DNA of 64,000 bases. Source: Acidobacteriaceae bacterium (lineage in GTDB: Bacteria; Acidobacteriota; Terriglobia; Terriglobales; Acidobacteriaceae). The DNA is taken from contig JBMFGT010000003.1 of assembly GCA_049977205.1 (NCBI GenBank), forward strand, positions 124,438-188,437. Direction: 5' to 3'. The notes below the pieces were generated by a model. The model did no database searches and had not been told where the DNA came from. It saw only the letters and a program-made list of their open reading frames with translations. Each line of letters opens with the position of its first letter. The first letter of the stretch is position 1. The translations under genes were made by a program, and so were the position numbers. Positions 57,048 through 64,000 of the stretch are shown here, piece by piece.

Positions 57048-59651
57048 ATGCAGCACGCCCTCCGCCAAGCACGCACCCAACGCCCCGCATTTTATGTGGC
57101 GGCGGTCTTTGTCCTTTTGCTGCTGTTGGCCGCTGTGGTGGCCCCCTGGATCAACGTCAGCCGCTTCCGGCGGCGCATTGTGCAATCCATCAGCGAAGGC
57201 CTTGGCAGGCCGGTGCATGTTGGCTCCGTCTCGTTCCAGTTGTTCCCCCAGCCCGCGTTCATACTCAGCGACTTTTCTGTGGCGGAAGACCCGGCCTTTG
57301 GGGCCGAGCCGGTGATGACCGCCGACACGGTGACGGCAAAGCTGCGGGCCAGCACGCTGTGGCGGCGGCGCGTGGACGTGGCCACGCTCAGCTTTGAAGA
57401 CCCCAGCATCAACTTGGTGCGCAATGCGGAAGGACAATGGGACTTTGCCCCCGTCCTGGAGCACGCTTCCACTCCGCAGGACGCGGCGCTGGAAGAATTC
57501 CCTTATGTGGAGGCGACGGGCGCCCGCGTCAACTTCAAATTTGGCAATGAAAAACAGCCGTTTTCCCTGATGGACGCCGACCTTGCCCTATGGAAAGAAA
57601 CAACCGGCCAATGGCATGTGCGCTTGAAAGCGCAGCCCGTCCGCACCGACCAGGAGCAGGGTGATACCGGGGAGATGCGCGCGGAGGCGGTGCTGCAATA
57701 TGACACGGCCTCCGGGGACGTGCCGATCACCGCCCACGCGGAATGGCGCAAAGCGCCCCTGGGCGGGACCATCCGCCTGCTGACAGGGAACGACTCTGGC
57801 TGGCGCGGCACCGTGGACATCTCCGCAGATGCAACGGGGACCCTGGCCGCAGCAGAGGTGGCCTTGCGCACGCAGGTGGAAGGCCTTCGCCGGGTGGAGT
57901 TTGTGCCTGCTGCAGAACTGGACTGGGAGATACGCTGCAAGGCGCATTACGCGCGCGCCCTGACGCAGTTCTCTTCCATCGTCTGCGAGGCCCCGCTCGA
58001 TACGGGCAGATTGCAAATGACTGGGACGCTCTCCATGCTGCCCCAGCCCGCCGGTGCGCCAGCCCCTGCGTCCTCCAGCGTACAGGCCACTTTGCATCAG
58101 GTCCCTATAAATTTTGCACTCAACCTCATGCGCCATGTATATGCCGGGGTGCCGGCACAGGCCTCCGCGACCGGGGAGTTGAATGGCCAGGTGGCCTGTA
58201 CGGACGCACCTGCCATGCACTCGGCCCCCTGCACCGGGGCGCTCCATACCGCGCGTTGGACGTTGAAGTTGCCGGACCTGCCGCAGCCGCTGGTCTTTTC
58301 GCCCATGGACATTGTGCCTGTATCCAGCGCCGCGCCGCCAGCCAGGAAAATTGCCAGGACCACCCTTCCAGCCAGCACCTTGCCTTCACCACAGGCGTTG
58401 CAGGAAACGGCCCCTCCTGCGGCAGCATTTGTCGTTGGCCCCGTCCATGTTTCCCTGGGGGCAACAACCCCAGTCGCCATTACGGGGGTGCTGACAACGC
58501 AGGGCCATACGCTGGCTGTTTCCGGTCCGGCCACGCTGGATGCCCTTCTGCCGGTGGCGCACGGCCTCGGTTGGACGGCATTTCCTGCGCAGGTGCGGTC
58601 CGCCCGTGGAGATGCGCAGTTGAAACTCACATGGCAGGGGAACTGGTCCCCTGTACCGGCAAGCACCACGGTTGCAGGCCCCGCGCCCAGTCCCTGGACG
58701 GGCACAGTGCAACTGCGGGGTGCCAGCATCCGCCTGCAGGGCTGGCCGGGCCGCATACAGTTGGCTTCCGCCACCGTGCAGATGGAGCCAGAAGCTGTAA
58801 GCTGGACCGGTCTCCATGGCAGTTACATGAAGGAGGGTTTCGATGGCGGCCTCCAATATGACACAACTACTGTTACAGGTGCCCCACTTTCACGGACATT
58901 CCATCTACATGTCGACACCCTGAATGTTGGCGCCTTGCAGACGGCCATTACGACAGCGGCCCCTTCCTCTTCCCGGTTGCTGGACCTGGTGGACCGCTGG
59001 ACGGACAACACCCCTGCCATGCCGAAGCTCACCGGACAGGTCCTTGCAGACCGCCTCAGCGTGGGTACGCTCATCGTGAAAAACGCATTGCTGGACGTCC
59101 AGATTGAGGGGAAAACGGCGACCTTCTCCTCAATTACAGGGGACACGTTTGGCGGCACGCTGGCGGGCAGCGGCTCCATCGACTGGGGCACAGAAGGGCC
59201 TGTTTACCAAGGGAAATTGTCCTTCCACCAGATACAGCCCAATGCCTTGGCCGTGCTGTTCCATGCGCATTCCTGGGGGCATGGCAATGCTGACCTGGAC
59301 CTGGAGGGGACGGCGCGTGGCACGACAGGACGCGAATTGGGACAACAGGCAACGGGCAGCTTTTCCTTCCGCTGGGACAAGGGAGGATGGGACGCCCCGG
59401 CGCTTGCCAAGACGTCCCTGGCGCGCTTCCATCAGCTTGCTTTGCAAGGGAAGATACAGGGCCGGACCGTGCAGGTGCTCAGCGGCCAGCTTTCAGCCAT
59501 GCCCCAGGCCCAATCTGTAACAGGGACAGTTACCTTTGACGGCGACCTTGCCCTCAAATTGCAACCATCCATGTTACAAATAGGCGGGACGATTGCCCGT
59601 CCTGTGCTCCACCCGGCCCCGCAGCGGTCTTCCGGGGCAGGGACACAATGA
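57048..59651 (+). CDS. AsmA-family outer-membrane biogenesis protein
   Basis: Trimmed to MQHALRQ... (867 aa). It has an N-terminal TM and the AsmA-type N-terminus (RRRIVQSISEGLGRPVHVGSVSFQLFPQPAFILSDFSV), then a long beta-rich repetitive body. Confidence 0.7.
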   Translation: MQHALRQARTQRPAFYVAAVFVLLLLLAAVVAPWINVSRFRRRIVQSISEGLGRPVHVGSVSFQLFPQPAFILSDFSVAEDPAFGAEPVMTADTVTAKLRASTLWRRRVDVATLSFEDPSINLVRNAEGQWDFAPVLEHASTPQDAALEEFPYVEATGARVNFKFGNEKQPFSLMDADLALWKETTGQWHVRLKAQPVRTDQEQGDTGEMRAEAVLQYDTASGDVPITAHAEWRKAPLGGTIRLLTGNDSGWRGTVDISADATGTLAAAEVALRTQVEGLRRVEFVPAAELDWEIRCKAHYARALTQFSSIVCEAPLDTGRLQMTGTLSMLPQPAGAPAPASSSVQATLHQVPINFALNLMRHVYAGVPAQASATGELNGQVACTDAPAMHSAPCTGALHTARWTLKLPDLPQPLVFSPMDIVPVSSAAPPARKIARTTLPASTLPSPQALQETAPPAAAFVVGPVHVSLGATTPVAITGVLTTQGHTLAVSGPATLDALLPVAHGLGWTAFPAQVRSARGDAQLKLTWQGNWSPVPASTTVAGPAPSPWTGTVQLRGASIRLQGWPGRIQLASATVQMEPEAVSWTGLHGSYMKEGFDGGLQYDTTTVTGAPLSRTFHLHVDTLNVGALQTAITTAAPSSSRLLDLVDRWTDNTPAMPKLTGQVLADRLSVGTLIVKNALLDVQIEGKTATFSSITGDTFGGTLAGSGSIDWGTEGPVYQGKLSFHQIQPNALAVLFHAHSWGHGNADLDLEGTARGTTGRELGQQATGSFSFRWDKGGWDAPALAKTSLARFHQLALQGKIQGRTVQVLSGQLSAMPQAQSVTGTVTFDGDLALKLQPSMLQIGGTIARPVLHPAPQRSSGAGTQ

Positions 59652-59664
59652 CTTCCCAGTGGCC

Positions 59665-61872
59665 TCAGTGGTGCACAGTGGCATTTCCGTTGGCCTGTGG
59701 CGGGGCGACCGCCTGCCGGTGGACGCTGCTTTCCACCTCCGGCACGGTGCCGTCATTCACCACCACCTCATCGGGCAGGGCCTGCATCAGGATGCGCACG
59801 GCGGCCTTGTCCTGGGCGGGGACCATCAGGCTGCTGCTCTGGTTTGCCGCCCCGGACTGTAACTCGACCGGGACCTCTGCCGCGCAATACCCATCGTTCT
59901 CCACATCCACGGAGACAAGATAATTTTTTGTGTTGTTGTGCAGCAGCGGACGGGAGTAAACGCTGGCGATTTTCAGTTCCGGCAGGCCACGGTCGCGGTA
60001 GACCCAGTCATCAAAAAACCATTCAATGTTTTTGTGGGTAGGCCGTTCCAGAAGGCCCTGGAAATAGCTTGGCCCGCGGTCTTGCGCGGCATCGTAGCTG
60101 CGTAACGCGACGCCCAGGTCCCCGTCACCGACCAGGCTGCGCAGCATCCAGAAAACAAACGCGGACTTGTCCCGATAGTAAACGTCGCTGTACGCCTCCA
60201 CCAAGCTCTGCCCCACACCCTCGCCCGGATGGGCCGGTTCCGCCAGCGCCAGGGCCGCGCGCCGGGAGTCGAGCTGTTCAATGGCCGTGTCGCGCCCGGC
60301 CACATGCTCAGTCCATAGCGTCGTCATAAACTGCGCCACGCCCTCGTCCAGCCAAATGCGTGGGGAAATAAAGTAGGCATGGCTGGCCATGTGCGCCAGC
60401 ATGGGCGTCAGGTCATTGGGCCGGGCCTGGACCAGGGGCAGCCAAAGGACGTTGCGGTCTTCGTAAGGCAGGTCATCTTTTTCCGGCAGGTCCACCAGAA
60501 GGATGGGCCGCTTCTGCCGCGTGCCCAGCCATTGTTCCACCGTGGGACGCACCAGGTCCGCCGCCTGCTGATAGCTCGTCGCGTCCTCTTCATCGCCGGG
60601 GCGGGCATACACCGTAATGCCCTTGGCTTTGATAGGCGCGCGCGTCATCACGAACAGGCCAAAAGAGCGGAAGCCAAGGCCTTCTGGCGCAAGGGTAAAA
60701 GAAACCACATGCAGTACGTCAGTGGCCGCAGGCGGTGCTGGTTGTTGCGTGGCCGCGCCCGGTCCGGAATTGCCAACACTGCCTACACTGGAAGACACGC
60801 TGCTGGAATAGGCTGGCGCCGTGTTGTTGCCGGGCATTTCCATTGTGGCGCCTGTATGCGCGCCTGGCTGGGCGTCTGGCAGGACGACATGTCCGTTCAG
60901 GATGGCAATGTTTGGCGCTGGGCCGCGATGTTCCACCAACAGATGCAGGCGCACGCGGGCCGGGGACTGGCGCAATCTCCATTGGCCAATCGTGTCAAAG
61001 ACCTTGGACCCATCGCCCAGCAACGCGGGCATGGTGGAGACAGGGAACCAGACCACGTTGCCAAAGCCGCGCAGCCCGGAAAACCCCGATGCAATGCGGT
61101 CCCAGTCTGAGGAGAGCGCAATGCCCTCCGGTGCGCCCAGCCGCAGCAGACGTTCCGCCGATTGGTGGACTGTGCCGGAGTAGATGACGTCCAGGGGCAG
61201 CGTCGCACCCACAGCCAGCGGCTGCGGCAGGGTGACGAGCGCCTCGTCCAGCTTGCCCGTATGGTCCACATCGCTGTCAATGGTGTGGGCGACAAAAGGC
61301 GCGTCCTTGCCGCCTGCATGGATGGAGTACCACGCCAGGGAAGAGGATATTTGCAGGGCAAAATGCTGCAACGGCTGCGGTCCGTCGTTGCGCACAGTCA
61401 TCCGCGCACGCGCGGAGATGGACGCCTCCGAAGGGACAAGGTGCACCTCCAGGTCGTAGGCTGTAAACGCCAGGGAGGTGCGTTCTGCATCTGTAACTGT
61501 TACGGTTACTTTCTGCGGAACGGCCCCGCCTGCGCCTGCCTGTGGCGCGGAAGCACCGGAGGTCCCATCTGAGGTGTCCTGCCGGGAAAAGATGACCGTC
61601 CCATTGCCGGAGGCGGGAGTGTTTGTCTGCCCGGCGCCTTTGCCCTCTTTGTCCTTCGCGTCTGCCTTGGCGCCAGGCAGCGGCAAATGATATGGGCCAC
61701 GCAGCGGGGTGTGCGGTGGGGTTGGATGGCCGTTTGGCAAGGGGAACGGAGTGGGCGCGGGTGTTGGCGTCTGCGTGGGTGCAGGCGTTGATGTAGGTGC
61801 AGGCGCGGTCTGTTGTCCTAAGACTGGCAGGCCCAGTACACAGCCCAACGCAATCAGGCGACGGAGGTTCAT
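59665..61872 (-). CDS. secreted M1-aminopeptidase-like protein with a degenerate zinc motif
   Basis: Signal peptide and a Pro/Thr-rich linker. HMASH...WLDEGVAQF replaces the HExxH...WLNEGFA gluzincin signature. Confidence 0.6.
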   Translation of the reverse strand: MNLRRLIALGCVLGLPVLGQQTAPAPTSTPAPTQTPTPAPTPFPLPNGHPTPPHTPLRGPYHLPLPGAKADAKDKEGKGAGQTNTPASGNGTVIFSRQDTSDGTSGASAPQAGAGGAVPQKVTVTVTDAERTSLAFTAYDLEVHLVPSEASISARARMTVRNDGPQPLQHFALQISSSLAWYSIHAGGKDAPFVAHTIDSDVDHTGKLDEALVTLPQPLAVGATLPLDVIYSGTVHQSAERLLRLGAPEGIALSSDWDRIASGFSGLRGFGNVVWFPVSTMPALLGDGSKVFDTIGQWRLRQSPARVRLHLLVEHRGPAPNIAILNGHVVLPDAQPGAHTGATMEMPGNNTAPAYSSSVSSSVGSVGNSGPGAATQQPAPPAATDVLHVVSFTLAPEGLGFRSFGLFVMTRAPIKAKGITVYARPGDEEDATSYQQAADLVRPTVEQWLGTRQKRPILLVDLPEKDDLPYEDRNVLWLPLVQARPNDLTPMLAHMASHAYFISPRIWLDEGVAQFMTTLWTEHVAGRDTAIEQLDSRRAALALAEPAHPGEGVGQSLVEAYSDVYYRDKSAFVFWMLRSLVGDGDLGVALRSYDAAQDRGPSYFQGLLERPTHKNIEWFFDDWVYRDRGLPELKIASVYSRPLLHNNTKNYLVSVDVENDGYCAAEVPVELQSGAANQSSSLMVPAQDKAAVRILMQALPDEVVVNDGTVPEVESSVHRQAVAPPQANGNATVHH

Positions 61873-62666
61873 AGGCCCAGTCCCTTCTGTTTTTTTACGG
61901 CCTTGTTGGCCTGTGGTCCCGTTGGCTGCGGCGCTGCGGCAGACTGCCGTCGTTGTCGCATGGCCTCGTACATCACAACGGCCCCAGCCACGGAGACATT
62001 CAGCGAGGCCACCTTGCCCGCCATCGGGATGCGCAGCAGATGGTCACAGGTGCGGCGCACCAGATCATGCAGTCCGGCCCCCTCGCTGCCCAGCACCAGC
62101 ACGCAATTCGCGCGGAAGTCGAAAGCATCGTAACTTTGTGCGCCGCGCTCGTCCAGTCCCACGCACCAGATGTTGTTGCGTTTCAGTTCCTCCAGTGCGC
62201 GGACCATATTGGTGACGCGCGCTATGCGGAGATGTTCCACGGCCCCTGCAGAGACCTTGGCCGCCGTGGCGTTCACCTGGGCAGAGCGGCGCTCTGGCAA
62301 CAGGACGCCGTCCACTCCGGCAGCGTCTGCCGTGCGCAGCAAGGCCCCCAGATTGTGCGGGTCCTCCACGCCATCCAACGCCAGCAGGAACAGGTACTCC
62401 CCATGCGGGACCAGCAGCTCGTCCAGCTCGGCATAGGTACGTTCGGCCACCACGGCCACCACCCCTTGATGGGACCCCGTCCCGGCCAGACGGACCAATT
62501 GTTCTTTCGGCCCAAAGTCCAGACGAATGCCGGCCTCCCGACAGGCGTCAATCACCCGTTGCATCCGGGCATCGTGGCGGCTGCGCTGGACCAGCACGGA
62601 TTCCAAGCGGCGGCCACCGGAGCGGAGGGCCTCTTCTACCGGGTGCAAACCATACAGCACTTCCAT
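61869..62666 (-). CDS. rlmB: 23S rRNA (guanosine-2'-O)-methyltransferase RlmB (SpoU/TrmH family)
   Basis: Trimmed to MEVLYGLHPVEEAL... It has DGVEDPHNLGALLRTA, VLGSEGAGL and SLNVSVAGAVVMYE motifs. Confidence 0.88.
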   Translation of the reverse strand: MEVLYGLHPVEEALRSGGRRLESVLVQRSRHDARMQRVIDACREAGIRLDFGPKEQLVRLAGTGSHQGVVAVVAERTYAELDELLVPHGEYLFLLALDGVEDPHNLGALLRTADAAGVDGVLLPERRSAQVNATAAKVSAGAVEHLRIARVTNMVRALEELKRNNIWCVGLDERGAQSYDAFDFRANCVLVLGSEGAGLHDLVRRTCDHLLRIPMAGKVASLNVSVAGAVVMYEAMRQRRQSAAAPQPTGPQANKAVKKQKGLGL

Positions 62667-62783
62667 GCTTCCAGTGTACGCTGGAAGGCGGATTTGCAGG
62701 CACCTCCTAAATGAATGATAAGGCATGGGTTACCAGAAAATTTTGGGCTATCGCCTGGGCCTTTCTGGGGCTATCCTATTGAT

Positions 62784-63479
62784 ATGGCATGGGGCCGTCT
62801 AAAAAAGAAATCTTGCAGCGCGGGCGTCTTTTCTGGCGGCGGTTGCGTCTGTGAAGATGTGGAAAACATTCGCGCAGTTGCGCTCCCCGGTGTAGAACAT
62901 GCCAACGTCGAAATCGCTGCCCGGTTGAAACGGCAGGACGCGGACCTGGTCGAAGAACTGATTGAGATGTATCAGCACCGCCTGCTGCGGTATCTGCTCT
63001 TTCTTACCGGCGACCGCGACCTGGCGCAGGACCTCTTCCAGGAGACGTGGTTGCGCGTGCTGGAACGGGGCGCACAGTATAACGGGCGCGCGCGTTTTGA
63101 CGCATGGCTGTTTGCCATCGCCCGCCATCTGATGCTGGACCACGCCCGCAGGCGCGTGATGAAGAGCCTGGATGCTCCCACCTCTGCGGATGGGGAGCAG
63201 ACGATGGAGGTCCCCAGCGGGACACCTTCCCCATTTGATTCCTTCCAGTCCCGTGAGAAAGCTGCGCTGATCAGCCAGGCCTTGCTCCAACTGAATGCCC
63301 TGTATCGGGAGGTCCTGGTCTTGCGCTTCCATGAGGACCTGTCGCTGGAGGAGATCGCCAAAGTGACCGGTGCGCCACTTTCCACGGTAAAGTCCCGCTT
63401 GTATCGCGGCATGGCGGCGCTGGGGCCGCTGTTGCAGTCGGTCCAGCAGAGTGCCCCTGCTACGGAGGTGCTGCCATGA
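62784..63479 (+). CDS. ECF-type RNA polymerase sigma-70 factor
   Basis: Region 2 is DLAQDLFQETWLRVLE...FDAWLFAIARH. Region 4 is REVLVLRFHEDLSLEEIAKVTGAPLSTVKSRLYRG. The start is uncertain (GTG 62859 is possible). Confidence 0.8.
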   Translation: MAWGRLKKKSCSAGVFSGGGCVCEDVENIRAVALPGVEHANVEIAARLKRQDADLVEELIEMYQHRLLRYLLFLTGDRDLAQDLFQETWLRVLERGAQYNGRARFDAWLFAIARHLMLDHARRRVMKSLDAPTSADGEQTMEVPSGTPSPFDSFQSREKAALISQALLQLNALYREVLVLRFHEDLSLEEIAKVTGAPLSTVKSRLYRGMAALGPLLQSVQQSAPATEVLP

Positions 63480-63925
63480 ACCAGGAACAACGTGTGCTGC
63501 AGCAGACGGCAAAGATGGAAACGGAAGAAGCGGCGCGTGTCCAGCGTGTCCAGCGGGAAGAGCAAGAGCGGGAAATGGTTGCCGCCCTGCTTTCTGTCAG
63601 CGTGGTGGCGGACTGCACCCTGGTGCGCCATACGCAGCGGCGCGTGCGCGAACGGGCCTTGGAAATGGCCGCGCGACGCAAGCAGGTGCGCCAGAAAATC
63701 GGGTTGACCATTCTGGCCATTTCGCTATTGTGGCTGCTGCTGACTCCCATTGTTTGGGGTGGGTTCAACCAGACGACCGGATGGCGGAACTTTACGGAAT
63801 CAGAGTTCCAGGTCATCTACCTGACGGGCTGGCTGTTGCCCATCACGCTGGTCACCCTGGTGATTGGCTTCCTGCGCGCCCGCTCCCAGCGCGCCTCGCG
63901 GAGATTGGATTGGCTGGTCCGTTAG
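63476..63925 (+). CDS. putative membrane anti-sigma factor (atypical, no zinc-binding motif)
   Basis: ATGA overlap with the sigma gene. It has a charged N-terminal helix and two TM helices. Confidence 0.5.
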   Translation: MNQEQRVLQQTAKMETEEAARVQRVQREEQEREMVAALLSVSVVADCTLVRHTQRRVRERALEMAARRKQVRQKIGLTILAISLLWLLLTPIVWGGFNQTTGWRNFTESEFQVIYLTGWLLPITLVTLVIGFLRARSQRASRRLDWLVR

Positions 63926-64000
63926 GCGCAGCGCCCATCCGAGGACGCTCCGTAAAAGACAATGAAATATCGTGACGCCAATGCGACCTTTTCTGTCAGT

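Noticed and set aside
63962-64000. ATG followed by MKYRDANATFSVS at the right edge
   Set aside because: Only 13 codons are visible and there is no convincing SD, so a gene call cannot be supported.

Overview
High-GC (roughly 60-65% by eye) bacterial chromosome segment. Gene content and repeat types suggest Acidobacteriota (Terriglobia-like), but that is an inference. The window is almost entirely conserved housekeeping operons. On the minus strand: efp, trpE-trpG, pyrR-pyrB-pyrC, ligA, korAB, ilvA, a tonB-exbB-exbD-exbD-TPR lipoprotein cluster, tgt-yajC-secD-secF, lpxC-thioesterase-folK, ccmF-ccmH plus accessory genes, nfo and rlmB. On the plus strand: rpmI-rplT, pheS-pheT-zapB-zapA, lgt-rluD, a VWA protein, an MFS porter, an M20 peptidase, a radical-SAM/hemY pair, rnc-lepB-lepB-asmA and an ECF sigma/anti-sigma pair. 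I found no rRNA, tRNA, CRISPR array, transposase, integrase, phage gene or recognisable defence system. Many long ORFs in the track are antisense shadow ORFs or read-through extensions typical of GC-rich DNA, and I trimmed or rejected them. The most coherent candidate for something not yet described is a heme module at 43.5-51 kb. It has ccmF-ccmH and two unusual CcmI-motif proteins on one side and a radical-SAM/SPASM enzyme plus CgoX/HemY on the other. A perfect TGTGA-N6-TCACA box sits between them at class II distance from a TATACT -10. Other leads are a 6S-like structured RNA after zapA, PyrR-type RNA boxes, an EF-P with Asn at the normally modified loop tip, a low-GC PMT/ArnT-like glycosyltransferase islet, palindromic repeat elements flanking nfo, a long structured rpmI-rplT spacer, and insertions in SecF and the MFS porter. 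All start codons, motifs and folds were derived by eye. Nothing was searched against a database.
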